The notes under the pieces are model-generated. The model saw only the letters and a list, made by a program, of their open reading frames with translations, did no database searches and was not told the origin of the DNA. This document shows positions 49,208 to 59,673 of a stretch of DNA of 64,000 bases, piece after piece (positions within the stretch are counted from its first letter, which is position 1; each line of letters opens with the position of its first letter). The stretch is from Gemmatimonadales bacterium (GTDB lineage: Bacteria > Gemmatimonadota > Gemmatimonadetes > Gemmatimonadales > GWC2-71-9): NCBI GenBank assembly GCA_037189525.1, contig JBBCJC010000003.1, forward strand, positions 1 through 64,000, written 5' to 3'. The position numbers were made by a program, and so were the translations under genes.

Positions 49208-51388
49208 ATGGGCTCTCCTACGTATACCCGAGTGACTGGCACGCGTTTCCGATGGCGGCAGATCGTGCTGCTGTCGTGCCTGGGGCTGACCGCAGCCACC
49301 GTTGCGGCCGGCGCCCAATCGGCGCGGGATCGCGATTTCCGGGCCTTCCAGGATTCGCTGGCGGCCGCGTCCGGTAACGAAGCGTTACGCGCGCTCGAGC
49401 AGCCGCTGATTGCCATGGCGCGTCGCAATCGCTCCAACCCGGCGGTGCATGTCAGGCTCGGGATGATTGCGCTCCGGCTCGGTGAGTCGTCCGGTGCCGT
49501 ATCCGAGTTCAAGTGGGCCACTCAGCTGGCGCCGCAATGGGGCGCGGCCTGGTTCGGGTTGGCTCAGGCGGAGTTGGCGCTGGGTGAAGGCGCCGATACG
49601 ACTCGCGTCGGTCGCCGGGCGTTTCTGTCGCGCGATGCCTGGGACCGCGCCATCACGGCGTTCGGGCGGGCCTTGGTGGCGGATACCGCCGTGGCCAGCG
49701 CCATGGAAGGGATTGCCCGCGATCGGCTCCAGCGCGATCGGCGGCCCTCGGCGCTGGTCGTGCGCGACGGTTTCCGGCGGGCGGTGCAGCAGCGCACCCG
49801 GAATGCGGAGAGTGTGCTCGGGCTCGGCCGGGTCGAAGCGCTGCTGGGCGATACCACCGCGGCGCTGACCGCGTTCGCGGCCGCTGCGGAGGTAGCGGGC
49901 GGCAAGAGTCGCGGCATGCTGGAAGACGCCCGGCTTCGCCTGACCCGGGCCGAACCGGAGGCGCTGCGCACCTACTACGACGTGGCGGCGATCGATGACG
50001 CGGCCGTCGTGGCGCAGCTGCGCGAGGATCTCGCGTGGATCGCGACGGCGGACGAACTCGCGATGTTCGATACGGTGTCGGGTGCGGAGCGAGCGGCCTT
50101 CCTCGAACGTTTCTGGACCCATCGGGACCGGGAAGATCTACGCACCACCGGGCAGCGGCTGCCGGAGCACTACCGCCGGCTGGCCCAGGCGCTGCGCGAG
50201 TATCGCAATCCGTATGATCAGCGGGTCGCCGTTTTCGTGCGGCACGGCGCCCCCGACAGTCGGGCGACTCTGCGCGTGCCGAATGTGACGCCCAACGAAT
50301 CCTGGCGCTATCGGCGTCCGGAAGGCGACCTCTTCGTGCATTTCGCGGCCGGCGCCGACACCACCAACTACCGGATCGTCGAGAGCGTCTTCGATGTCGC
50401 CGGCGGGGTGCCGGCGGGATCGCCGGCCGGGGATGATGTGGGCGACAGCGACTCGGCGCTGGCCGATCAGCTGCTGCGCTCGCGGGCGCAGCTCGCGCCG
50501 TTCTATCAGGCCGCGGTGGCCGGGCGACGGGATCAGCGGGAGGCGTTCAAACGCCTGGAGCGGGATCTGGGCGCGGCCGGCCGGAACCTCGCGCTGACCA
50601 CGGACCGCTATCCACTCCGCTTCGAGGGCGACCTCCCGGCGCGGATCCAGATCGCGGCGCTGACCGGTCGCGCCGATGCAGGGGAAATCGACGCGCTCTT
50701 CGTGATTCCGGCCTTTGTCTTCGACTCCGGCGCGACGGCGGATGCGCCGGTACCGGTCCGGGTTCGGATGGTGGCCTGGGACAGCCGTAACCTGGCGGTC
50801 CGGGCGCTCGACTCGACGCTGTCGTTGACGCGCGAGGCCGGACCGAACGGGCAGACGCTCCGGGGCCAGGTGGGGCTGTCGCTCCCGGCGGGACTCTTCA
50901 ACGCGCGGATTGCCATCGAGTCGGGCAGTCGGGGCGTCATCGTGAGTCGTGAGGGACTCTCGGTGGGAAGCTCGGGTGCGGCAACGCTGTCGGAACTGGC
51001 ACTGGGTCGGGTCGGTTCGGGGCTGACCTGGTCGCTCGCCGGCGCGGCCGGTCCGGTGGCCGCGGATCCCGATCCGGTCTTCGATCGCAGCGCCGCGCTC
51101 GATCTCTCGGCCGATCTGATCGGATTTGCCGCGAATCAGGGCGCGCGGGCGCGCGCGCTGGTCCGCCCGATCCGTCAGGACGGCAAGGAAGAGCGCTGGC
51201 GCAACTGGCCCAACGCGGGTGATTGGCAGCCGGTTGGCGGGCGGGAATCGGTCGCGTCGCGAGTCCGGATGGCGCTGCCGCTTCGGGGTCTCAAAGCCGG
51301 CCGATATGAAGTGGAACTGGTGGTGGAGCAGGGTGAGACGGTGGTTCGGCGTCGAGGCGGATTTACGGTCGTCGAGGCGGCCCGGTAG
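49208..51388 (+). CDS. TPR-like plus GWxTD-like domain secreted protein
   Basis: FLERFWTHRD...EHYRRL...DQRVAVFVRHGAPD...NESWRY; start uncertain. Confidence 0.7.
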   Translation: MGSPTYTRVTGTRFRWRQIVLLSCLGLTAATVAAGAQSARDRDFRAFQDSLAAASGNEALRALEQPLIAMARRNRSNPAVHVRLGMIALRLGESSGAVSEFKWATQLAPQWGAAWFGLAQAELALGEGADTTRVGRRAFLSRDAWDRAITAFGRALVADTAVASAMEGIARDRLQRDRRPSALVVRDGFRRAVQQRTRNAESVLGLGRVEALLGDTTAALTAFAAAAEVAGGKSRGMLEDARLRLTRAEPEALRTYYDVAAIDDAAVVAQLREDLAWIATADELAMFDTVSGAERAAFLERFWTHRDREDLRTTGQRLPEHYRRLAQALREYRNPYDQRVAVFVRHGAPDSRATLRVPNVTPNESWRYRRPEGDLFVHFAAGADTTNYRIVESVFDVAGGVPAGSPAGDDVGDSDSALADQLLRSRAQLAPFYQAAVAGRRDQREAFKRLERDLGAAGRNLALTTDRYPLRFEGDLPARIQIAALTGRADAGEIDALFVIPAFVFDSGATADAPVPVRVRMVAWDSRNLAVRALDSTLSLTREAGPNGQTLRGQVGLSLPAGLFNARIAIESGSRGVIVSREGLSVGSSGAATLSELALGRVGSGLTWSLAGAAGPVAADPDPVFDRSAALDLSADLIGFAANQGARARALVRPIRQDGKEERWRNWPNAGDWQPVGGRESVASRVRMALPLRGLKAGRYEVELVVEQGETVVRRRGGFTVVEAAR

Positions 51389-51525
51389 TCTTGCCAGATT
51401 TGTGATGTTGATACCCTTAGTGCCATCCGCGCTTACGGTTGCGGGCCGGTTGTGTTGAACGGGTGATCCGCCTAGCTTGTCCCTCCCATCGCTGATCAAC
51501 AATTCGCATCTCTGAGGAAACGCCC

Positions 51526-54078
51526 ATGGGTTCTGCCTCGCCACGGGTCCCGCTGCAACTGTCGCCCAATGCGATCACCGTTCTCGAGAAACGTTACCTG
51601 GTTCGAGACGAGTCGGGGATACCCTGTGAGCAGGCCGAAGACCTGTTCTGGCGCGTCGCCACAACCATCGCGGGCGCCGATCGCGGTTACGGCGCGTCCG
51701 AAGGAGCGGTCGAGGCGCTGGCCGAAGCGTTTTATGAGTTGATGGCCAAACGGCTGTTCATGCCGAACTCGCCTACGCTCATGAATGCCGGCCGTCCGCT
51801 CGGGCAGCTGTCCGCTTGCTTCGTATTGCCGGTCGAAGATGCGCTCTCCAACGGGAAGAGCGGTATTTACGACACGCTGACGGCCATGGCACTGGTGCAT
51901 CAGTCGGGTGGCGGCACCGGATTCAGCTTCTCCAAGCTGCGGCCCAAGAACGATATCGTGCGTTCGACCATGGGCGTGGCCTCCGGACCCGTCTCCTTCA
52001 TGACGTTGTTCGATGCGTCGACCGATGTGGTCAAGCAGGGCGGTACCCGGCGGGGCGCCAACATGGGCATCTTGCGGGTCGATCATCCCGACGTGATGGA
52101 TTTCGTCACGTGCAAGGACGACACCTCCAAGATTACCAACTTCAATATCTCGGTCGCGGTTACCGACGCCTTCATGGCGGCGCTGGAAAAGGGCGAGTCG
52201 TACGACCTGCTCCATCCCAAGACCCGCGCGGTGGTCGGCCGGCTCGATGCTCGCACCGTCTGGGACCGGATCATCCACGGTGCGTGGAAGACCGGCGAGC
52301 CGGGCGTGTTCTTCATCGATCGCGCCAATCATTACAACCCGGTGCCGACGCTCGGTGCGTACGAGGCGACCAACCCGTGCGGAGAGCAGCCGCTCCTGCC
52401 GTACGATGTTTGCAACCTCGGATCGATCAACCTGGGTGAGTTCATCGTCGAGAACGATCTCGATTGGGCGCAGCTGCGTCGAGTGGTGCATCTCTGCACC
52501 CACTTCCTCGAGAACGTGATCGACGCCAACCACTATCCGCTGCCCGAGATTACCGAGCTGGCGCAGAAGATCCGCCGGATCGGTCTCGGCGTGATGGGGC
52601 TGGCCGACGTCTTCGTGCGGCTCGGGATTCCCTACGATTCGGCCGAGGCGGTCGAGCTGGGTCGCAAGGTGCAGCGGTTCATCGACAACGAAGCCAAGAT
52701 CGAGTCGGAGCGGCTGGCCGGCCAGCGTGGCGCGTTTGCGGAGTGGGAGCGGAGCATCTGGGGTCCGGACGCGACGGCCGCGCGCGACGCCAACGGCAAG
52801 CGGATTCGTCCGATGCGCCGGCTGCGCAACTGCAACGTCACCACGGTGGCGCCGACGGGTACGATCTCGATCATTGCCGGGTGCAGCTCGGGTATCGAGC
52901 CGCTCTTTGCGGTGGCGTTCATGCGGAATCAGGCCGGCGTGCTGATGCCCGATGTCAACGAAGACTTCGTGGCGATTGCCCGGCGTGAGGGATGGTATTC
53001 CGAGGAACTGATGAAGCGGGTGGCCGAAACCGGTCATGCGCGACACCCGGAAGTGCCGGAAAAGTGGCAGCGGGTCTTCATTACGGCCAATGATATTTCC
53101 GCCGAGTGGCATGTGCGGATGCAGGCGGCCTTCCAGGAGGCCAACGACAGCGCCATTTCGAAGACCGTGAACTTTGCCAACACGGCCACCGAAGAAGACG
53201 TCGCGCAGATCTATCGGATGGCCTTCGAGCTGGGCTGCAAAGGCGTCACCGTCTACCGTGACGGCAGCCGCGACATGCAGGTGCTCTCCGCCGGCTCGAC
53301 TGCCAAGAAGGTCCAGGAGGAGGCGACCAGGAGCGGCAAGGCCGAAGCACGTGGCGATCTGGCCGATGTGCTGGTCACGGCGGAGCAGCCGGCGGCGACG
53401 GCCGTAGTCAATCTCAGCGCCAAGGGCCGCGAAGAGAGTGCCGACCTGCTGGGCGAGATGGCGGAGATGCGCTCCGAGAACGAGCGGCTCCGTCGTCTGG
53501 TGCACGAACTCGAATCGGAGAACCTGCAGCGGCGCCAGAAGCGCTCTCGTCCCGAATTGCTCAAGGGGTCGGTGCGCCGGATCGAGACGCCGCTTGGTAC
53601 GCTGTACGTCACCATCACCGAAGACGACAGGGGCCAGCCGTTCGAAGTCTTCATGAGCCTGGGCAAGGCCGGTGGCGCGCTGATGGCGGATGTCGAAGCG
53701 CTCGGCCGGCTCATCTCGCTCGGATTGCGGTCCGGTATTCCGATCAAGGAACTGCACCGCCAGCTGCGCGGGATCAGCTCGGATCGGACCATGGGACTTG
53801 GCGCCAATAAAGTCATGTCGGTGCCGGATGCGGTCGGTATCGCGCTCGAGCGCTGGATGCACGAGAAGCAGGGGATTCAGCAGGACTTGCTCGCCGGTAC
53901 TTCGGCTGCGGCGCCAGTGGAATCGATTCCGGTGACGGTGGTGCACGGGAACGAGCAGTTGTCGATGGGTGGCATGTCGGAAACGCTGGCCGGATCGTGC
54001 CCGGACTGCAGCTCACAGCTGGAGTACGCCGAAGGGTGCGCCAAGTGCCACGTCTGCGGCTTCAGCGAGTGCGGCTGA
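51526..54078 (+). CDS. nrdJ: Adenosylcobalamin-dependent (class II) ribonucleotide reductase with TSCPD-like domain and zinc ribbon
   Basis: PNSPTLMNAG, QLSACF, TNPCGEQ, APTGT, SAISKT, terminal CPDC..CHVC; no R2 gene adjacent. Confidence 0.93.
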   Translation: MGSASPRVPLQLSPNAITVLEKRYLVRDESGIPCEQAEDLFWRVATTIAGADRGYGASEGAVEALAEAFYELMAKRLFMPNSPTLMNAGRPLGQLSACFVLPVEDALSNGKSGIYDTLTAMALVHQSGGGTGFSFSKLRPKNDIVRSTMGVASGPVSFMTLFDASTDVVKQGGTRRGANMGILRVDHPDVMDFVTCKDDTSKITNFNISVAVTDAFMAALEKGESYDLLHPKTRAVVGRLDARTVWDRIIHGAWKTGEPGVFFIDRANHYNPVPTLGAYEATNPCGEQPLLPYDVCNLGSINLGEFIVENDLDWAQLRRVVHLCTHFLENVIDANHYPLPEITELAQKIRRIGLGVMGLADVFVRLGIPYDSAEAVELGRKVQRFIDNEAKIESERLAGQRGAFAEWERSIWGPDATAARDANGKRIRPMRRLRNCNVTTVAPTGTISIIAGCSSGIEPLFAVAFMRNQAGVLMPDVNEDFVAIARREGWYSEELMKRVAETGHARHPEVPEKWQRVFITANDISAEWHVRMQAAFQEANDSAISKTVNFANTATEEDVAQIYRMAFELGCKGVTVYRDGSRDMQVLSAGSTAKKVQEEATRSGKAEARGDLADVLVTAEQPAATAVVNLSAKGREESADLLGEMAEMRSENERLRRLVHELESENLQRRQKRSRPELLKGSVRRIETPLGTLYVTITEDDRGQPFEVFMSLGKAGGALMADVEALGRLISLGLRSGIPIKELHRQLRGISSDRTMGLGANKVMSVPDAVGIALERWMHEKQGIQQDLLAGTSAAAPVESIPVTVVHGNEQLSMGGMSETLAGSCPDCSSQLEYAEGCAKCHVCGFSECG

Positions 54079-54142
54079 CGCGAGAGTAGATGCGGGGGCG
54101 GCACCGCCGCCGTTCAAAACGGTTGGGAGCTGTCCCTTCATT

Positions 54143-54182
54143 GAGCCGCCTCAGACTCTACATCTGAGGCGGCTTATGTTTT
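54143..54182 (+). terminator. Intrinsic terminator after nrdJ
   Basis: GAGCCGCCTCAGA / TCTGAGGCGGCTT followed by ATGTTTT. Confidence 0.75.
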
Positions 54183-54214
54183 GGGGATGGATTTCGTCGG
54201 CGCTGGAGGTGGCG

Positions 54215-54679
54215 ATGAGGATATCGACTACGCTTGGTGCGGTGCTCTGTCTGGTCTGTGCGCAAGGGACAGCGGCGCAGCTGATGAGCCCTGCAACCTC
54301 GGCCGCCATGAATGGCGCAATCCAGGCCGCCGATCGCGAAGCGACCCTGTGGCTCGGGCTGATCCGGGACGACCGGGCCCGCGACGCCTGGAACCGAACG
54401 GCGCCGCACTTCAAGCAGCGAATCAATCGCGAGACCTTCGAACGGATCTGGTCGCCGCACTCGGGCCGGTTGCAGCCCGTCGTATCGCGGCGCAACACGG
54501 CCGTCCGCTACATCGCGGCCGCGCCGCCTGACCAGCCGGAAATGGTCGTCTTCGATACCCGGGTCGAATTCCGGGGTGGCACCTTGGGCGGCGAGACCAT
54601 TACTCTGGGCCTCGCCGAGGGGGTGTGGCGGGTCTGGGAGTACGCGGTATCGCCCGGAAGTACCCCCAGAAGCCGGTAA
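54215..54679 (+). CDS. Secreted DUF4019-like protein
   Basis: Signal peptide; WLGLI..DAW..TAPHFK..ETIT..GVWRVWEY; SD GGAGG. Confidence 0.65.
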   Translation: MRISTTLGAVLCLVCAQGTAAQLMSPATSAAMNGAIQAADREATLWLGLIRDDRARDAWNRTAPHFKQRINRETFERIWSPHSGRLQPVVSRRNTAVRYIAAAPPDQPEMVVFDTRVEFRGGTLGGETITLGLAEGVWRVWEYAVSPGSTPRSR

Positions 54680-54736
54680 AAGTTGCTGGACTTCCCGGAA
54701 CGGCGTCGGGTAGCCATTCGGTTATATCACGATCCG

Positions 54737-54779
54737 CAAATAACTTAGCGTTGACCTGCCGGCGTGGCGTGGTTTCTGC
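54737..54779 (+). promoter_or_regulatory. Sigma54-like promoter with IHF-like element
   Basis: TGGCGTGGTTTCTGC (GG-N10-GC) at 54765-54779; CAAATAACTTA upstream. Confidence 0.5.
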
Positions 54780-54793
54780 CATTGGGTCGACCG

Positions 54794-56812
54794 ATGGCGA
54801 CTTTTGCCGCAATCGAGCCCGATCCGAAGCAGGCCCTGCCTCGGCGAGATCTGCCGCCCGTCCCTGACGAGCGGGGCGTGGCCGTGGTGCGTTTTCTGAC
54901 CGCATTCGGCAGAGCGCTGCAGAAGCGCCGGGTCTATCCGGACGGTCATCCGATGCGGCTGGCGGCCCAACAGGGGGCACTGGAGGCCCTCCGCCCCGTC
55001 TGGCAGGAGCGGCGCGCGCTGCAGGTCGGCGTGACCCGGACTCAACTCCTCTTCGATGACATTGCCACCGACCCGGCGCACTTCGCGTTACGCGACCTCT
55101 CGGCCCGACTCCACCGCCGCCGGGTGGGCAATCTGGTGCTCCGCGCCGGAGTGACGGCGACTGAGCTCGGGACGGTGCTCGAGCGCATCGACAACGACGA
55201 CGCGGAACCGATCGAGTCCTGGCGCTCCGATCATGCGGAGCTGGCGTCGTTGGCCTTCGACGCCCTGGTGCTCGATGAGCAGGGCGGCGGCGACCGCGAG
55301 ATCGACGCTCTCTGGCGTGAGCTGGTCACGGTGGTGTCCGGGACCGATGCCACCCACTCGCTCGGCGCCGTCCTGGCTCGTCGGCTCGGCGTCCCGGAGG
55401 TTTCGGCAACCGTCCGGCAGACGATGGAACGCCTGGGTCGGGTAGCGGCGGATCCGAGCGCAGCCGGCCGAGGAGCGGCTGAACGCCAATTGCAGGAACT
55501 GCTGGGAGCGGTGCCGTCCGAAGATCTGACCCGGGTGCTTGGGATTGTCCCGAGCAATCCGGAAGCTGGTGACGCCATTGCGCAGGTAACGGAATGGCTC
55601 CCGGCCCTGGCCCTGGTCGAGTTGATCGAGCAAGCGGCGGTAGCGCGCGGCCAGCCGATCTCGTCGCTGCTGCTGCGTATGCTGCGGAAGATGGCGCACC
55701 ACCCCTCCGCGGGACCGACATCTCGAACGCGCGGCGAGCAGGATGTGCGGGAGATCATCCGCGGCTTGCTCGACGGGTGGACGCTCGCCGATCCGAGTTC
55801 GGCGTCCCACAGCCACGTGCTGGAGTCGCTTTCCCGCTACGACCTGGTCGGTGCCGATGATGACATGCCGTCTGACGACGCTCTCCGAATCGTGCAGATG
55901 GCGGTCGAGACGGACACCTTCGGCGATCCCGTGGCGGAGGCCGTGGTGCGAGCGGCGACGACGGGCTCGCTCGACGCGGTCGTCGGGCTGGCTGATACGG
56001 CCTCCGACCTCATGGCGGCGCAGCTGTGGGGATTGCTGACGACCTCCGAAACGCTGCCCCGAATCCTGATTCTGTCGGATGATGAGAGCGAGGGCATCTG
56101 CCAGGTGCTGAGTCATACCGCGGCGGGGGTCCTGGCCGACGTGATGGATCGGACGGCGACCTTCTCGCCGGCGGTCCGTCAGTTGATCGGCGACCGGATG
56201 CTGGCCATCGGCGACGACCTGGGCCGAGAGATCAATCATCGCCTCGCATCGGCGGGCGAGGCGGAACGCCGCGAACTTCTGGCAGCTTTGCTGGATCTGA
56301 ATGAGTTGCCGGTCGGCCTCTCGGTGCGCAGCTACACCGAAGCGGAGGACCCGCTGCTCCGCCTCGATGCTTACCGGTTGACCTTTCGCCTGCCGAGCGA
56401 GCGGGACGAGGGGATTCACGCGGCGCTGGCCGACCCGGATGAACACGTCGTGGCGGCTGCCCTCTCGGCGGGTCAGGATCACTTTCCTCGCGCCTCGCTG
56501 ACGCGCCTCTTCGTCCTCGTCAACGGCACCGCGCGCAGCGAGGAGTTGCGTGCCGCCGCCGTGGCGATCCTGGCCCAGTTCGACGTGGCGCCCGTACGTG
56601 AGTGGTTGCTGAGCAACGTCGCATCCCGACGTGGTTGGTTCCGATTGCTTCGCTTGGCGCCCAAGTCTCCCGTCGTGGTCGCCCAGGTACGGGCCCTCGC
56701 GCAACTCGGCGGCCCCGATCCCGATCCCGCCGTACTTCGGGTCCTCCGGCTGGCTCGGCGATCCGGCGATCCCGATCTGGTGGCCGCGGCGGAAGGTGGC
56801 GCGACGCCATGA
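54794..56812 (+). CDS. Hypothetical alpha-helical (HEAT-like) protein
   Basis: Long ORF, LADPDEHVVAAAL HEAT-like unit; N-terminal YPDGHP motif; ATGA overlap with HD-GYP gene. Confidence 0.75.
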   Translation: MATFAAIEPDPKQALPRRDLPPVPDERGVAVVRFLTAFGRALQKRRVYPDGHPMRLAAQQGALEALRPVWQERRALQVGVTRTQLLFDDIATDPAHFALRDLSARLHRRRVGNLVLRAGVTATELGTVLERIDNDDAEPIESWRSDHAELASLAFDALVLDEQGGGDREIDALWRELVTVVSGTDATHSLGAVLARRLGVPEVSATVRQTMERLGRVAADPSAAGRGAAERQLQELLGAVPSEDLTRVLGIVPSNPEAGDAIAQVTEWLPALALVELIEQAAVARGQPISSLLLRMLRKMAHHPSAGPTSRTRGEQDVREIIRGLLDGWTLADPSSASHSHVLESLSRYDLVGADDDMPSDDALRIVQMAVETDTFGDPVAEAVVRAATTGSLDAVVGLADTASDLMAAQLWGLLTTSETLPRILILSDDESEGICQVLSHTAAGVLADVMDRTATFSPAVRQLIGDRMLAIGDDLGREINHRLASAGEAERRELLAALLDLNELPVGLSVRSYTEAEDPLLRLDAYRLTFRLPSERDEGIHAALADPDEHVVAAALSAGQDHFPRASLTRLFVLVNGTARSEELRAAAVAILAQFDVAPVREWLLSNVASRRGWFRLLRLAPKSPVVVAQVRALAQLGGPDPDPAVLRVLRLARRSGDPDLVAAAEGGATP

Positions 56813-58017
56813 ACGCGGAGTCGGGCTTTCTCATTTCGCTCGGACAGGCGCTGGCGGCAATGGCGCTCTATCAGGACGGACACCCGGCTCGTCTTCGGGC
56901 GCTGGACAAGTCGTTCGAACGGTTACTCGACGTCGCGCGCCATCACTCCTGTGTCGAATACTCATTCCTCGGTAGTGAAACGCTGGCCGGCAGCCGGGTC
57001 CTCGATGAATTGGCCCGCTGGGAGTGGGCTGCCAAGCTGGCGGAGGCGCGGATCGAGCGGATCGAGATCGACTCGGACGTGACCCGCGAAGCCTTCGTCG
57101 GCTTCGTCGAAGAGTTGTTCGATCAGATGTCCGGCCGGTGTGTCGATACCGCCCTGATGCGCCAGATGGTGCGCTCGCCGATTCGCTTTGGCCGGCTCAA
57201 GGTGCGCGGCAGCGGCGACGGCGTCGCTGCGCAGGCGAGGGCGGCCCAGGCTGCCGATGCCGTCGTGGTCAACCTCACGGAGGAAGTGGCGGCGACCAGC
57301 TGGATCCATGAGGCCGTCGGACGCACCGGTGTGGTCCCGATGGCGGAGGTGGAGAGCGTCGTCTGCTCGTTGGCGGCCACGATGCATCAGGAGGACCGGA
57401 TGCTGATGCCGCTGCTCACGCTCAAAGAGTACGATCAGTACACCACCACGCATGCCTGCAATGTGGCCGTTCTGTCGATGGGGCTCGCCGAACGTCTGGG
57501 TCTTGGTCCGTCCGAGGTTCGCGCGGTCGGCATTGCGGGATTGCTGCACGACATCGGCAAGGTCGCGATTCCGCACGATCTCCTGGTCAAACCGGGGCGC
57601 TATACCGAGGCGGAGCGGCAGATCATCCAGAATCATCCGGTCGAAGGGGCCAAGCTGCTGCTCAAGAAAGAGCGCGGAATCGGTTTGGCGGCGGTGGTTG
57701 CGTACGAGCATCATATCTACCTCAACGGCGAGGGCTATCCGGAACTGCGGTTTCCCCGCGCGGCACACTATGCCAGCCGGATCGTCCATGTCTGCGATAT
57801 CTATGATGCCCTCTGCACCGAGCGGCCGTACCGGCAGGCGTGGGAGCCGGACGAGGCCCTGGCGTACCTGCAGGAACAGGCGGGGCGCGAACTGGACCCC
57901 GATATGGTGACGGCGTTTAGCGACATGATCCGCGAGGCGCTGGTGCAGCGCGTCGTGGTCGATGCGGGGCAAGCCCCGGCCGTCTTGGATTCGCAGGCGC
58001 TGCCCCTTGTGAAATGA
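56809..58017 (+). CDS. HD-GYP domain protein (c-di-GMP phosphodiesterase family)
   Basis: YTTTH, LLHDIGK, HPVEG, HHIYLNGEGYP, DIYDAL..RPYR. Confidence 0.92.
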   Translation: MNAESGFLISLGQALAAMALYQDGHPARLRALDKSFERLLDVARHHSCVEYSFLGSETLAGSRVLDELARWEWAAKLAEARIERIEIDSDVTREAFVGFVEELFDQMSGRCVDTALMRQMVRSPIRFGRLKVRGSGDGVAAQARAAQAADAVVVNLTEEVAATSWIHEAVGRTGVVPMAEVESVVCSLAATMHQEDRMLMPLLTLKEYDQYTTTHACNVAVLSMGLAERLGLGPSEVRAVGIAGLLHDIGKVAIPHDLLVKPGRYTEAERQIIQNHPVEGAKLLLKKERGIGLAAVVAYEHHIYLNGEGYPELRFPRAAHYASRIVHVCDIYDALCTERPYRQAWEPDEALAYLQEQAGRELDPDMVTAFSDMIREALVQRVVVDAGQAPAVLDSQALPLVK

Positions 58018-58092
58018 GCCCGATGGGGCGAGCGTAGTAGCCGCTGCAGGAGGTGTTGACTTATCCCTTCGACCGGATGGAGTGGACCAACG

Positions 58093-58353
58093 ATGGCTGA
58101 TGAGCAGTTGACCCCGATCGCCCCTGGACGCGTGGCGCAGGAACTCAAAGCGTTGTCGGACGGCCGCCATTCGGGTAAGTACGATAAGGACGAATACGAG
58201 CACCGATTCTCGCGCATGATCGGTGAGCTGCGGGATCGGCGGATTTCCGGAACCCGGGCCGAGATTCTGGCGGCGCTCACGCCGCTCCAGGCCGACGGGA
58301 CCGTGTCCGCGACGGACTGGGAGCGCTTGATCAAGCAGCTCGGCCTGGGCTGA
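58093..58353 (+). CDS. Hypothetical 86-aa helical protein (SHOCT-like segments)
   Basis: ELKAL..SGKYDKDEYE and LQADGTVSATDWE; followed by hairpin. Confidence 0.7.
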   Translation: MADEQLTPIAPGRVAQELKALSDGRHSGKYDKDEYEHRFSRMIGELRDRRISGTRAEILAALTPLQADGTVSATDWERLIKQLGLG

Positions 58354-58378
58354 ACCGATCGCGCGTCCGGCGCCCTAA

Positions 58379-58407
58379 GAGAGGCGGGTCTGACTGACCC
58401 GCCTCTC
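58379..58407 (+). terminator. Hairpin, probable terminator
   Basis: GAGAGGCGGGTC / GACCCGCCTCTC perfect 12-bp stem. Confidence 0.6.
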
Positions 58408-58437
58408 GGCGTTTGGGGACCCGGTTATTCTTTACGG

Positions 58438-59670
58438 ATGGCCATGATTCCTCGTCGTCCGACGACCACCGTCGCCATCGGCTCCGTGCTGGTCGGCTCG
58501 GGCCATCCGGTCGTGGTGCAGTCCATGACCAACACCGATACCGCCGACGCCGAAGCGACGGCTCGGCAGGTGGCGGCGCTGGCGCGGGCCGGCAGCGAAA
58601 TCGTCCGGATCACCGTCAATACCGATGAAGCGGCAGCTGCGGTGCCGGCCATCGTGGAGGGGCTCGAGCGTCGCGGGCTGGCCGTGCCGATCGTGGGCGA
58701 CTTCCATTACAACGGCCATCTGCTGCTGACCCGCCATCCCGAATGCGCGCGCGCGCTGGCCAAGTATCGGATCAATCCGGGCAACGTCGGCGGCAAGCGC
58801 CATGACGAACATTTCCGGGCCATCATCGAGGTCGCGCTGGCCAACGACAAGCCGGTGCGGATCGGGGTCAACTGGGGGTCGCTCGATCAGCAACTGCTGA
58901 CCCGCATGATGGACGAGAACGCCTCGCGCGCCGAGCCGCTCGATGCGCGCGAGGTGATGCTGGAGGCGATGGTCGAGAGCGCCGTCGGTTCGGCGCGGCA
59001 GGCGGAGGCCATCGGCATGCCGCACGACCGGATCGTCCTCTCGGCCAAGGTGTCAGGTGTGCAGGATCTGGTGACGGTCTACCGCAAACTCGCTACGCGC
59101 GGTGACTATCCGCTTCATCTCGGCCTCACCGAAGCCGGACTCGGTATGAAGGGCATCGTGGCGAGCACGGCGGGTCTGTCCGTATTGCTGCAGGAAGGGA
59201 TCGGCGACACCATCCGCGTCTCGCTGACGCCGTCGCCGGGCGGCGATCGCGCCGAAGAAGTTCGGGTGGCGCAGCAGATCCTGCAGTCGCTCGAGATGCG
59301 CAGCTTCCAGCCGCAGGTCACCAGTTGTCCCGGATGCGGACGCACCACGAGCACGTTCTTCCAGGCCATGGCCGAAGAGATCCAGGGCTATCTGCGCGAC
59401 AAGATGCCCGACTGGCGCGGGGTCCATCCCGGGGTGGAGACCATGAAGGTTGCGGTGATGGGGTGCGTCGTGAACGGACCGGGCGAGTCGAAGCATGCCA
59501 ATCTCGGCATTTCGCTGCCCGGTACCTTCGAAGAGCCGAAGGCGCCGGTCTATGTCGACGGACGCCTGGTCACCACGCTCAAGGGCGACCGCATCGTGGC
59601 GGAGTTTCTCGAGATCCTCGATCAATATGTCGCAACCCGCTATCCGGCGGTTGCCCAGGTGGAGTCCTGA
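58438..59670 (+). CDS. ispG: (E)-4-hydroxy-3-methylbut-2-enyl diphosphate synthase
   Basis: [47 protein letters not shown]. Confidence 0.98.
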   Translation: MAMIPRRPTTTVAIGSVLVGSGHPVVVQSMTNTDTADAEATARQVAALARAGSEIVRITVNTDEAAAAVPAIVEGLERRGLAVPIVGDFHYNGHLLLTRHPECARALAKYRINPGNVGGKRHDEHFRAIIEVALANDKPVRIGVNWGSLDQQLLTRMMDENASRAEPLDAREVMLEAMVESAVGSARQAEAIGMPHDRIVLSAKVSGVQDLVTVYRKLATRGDYPLHLGLTEAGLGMKGIVASTAGLSVLLQEGIGDTIRVSLTPSPGGDRAEEVRVAQQILQSLEMRSFQPQVTSCPGCGRTTSTFFQAMAEEIQGYLRDKMPDWRGVHPGVETMKVAVMGCVVNGPGESKHANLGISLPGTFEEPKAPVYVDGRLVTTLKGDRIVAEFLEILDQYVATRYPAVAQVES

Positions 59671-59673
59671 CCT

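Noticed and set aside
51389..51525. NrdR boxes or cobalamin riboswitch upstream of nrdJ
   Set aside because: Only a poor partial match (CCAGATTTGT); no B12-box, and the region is too short
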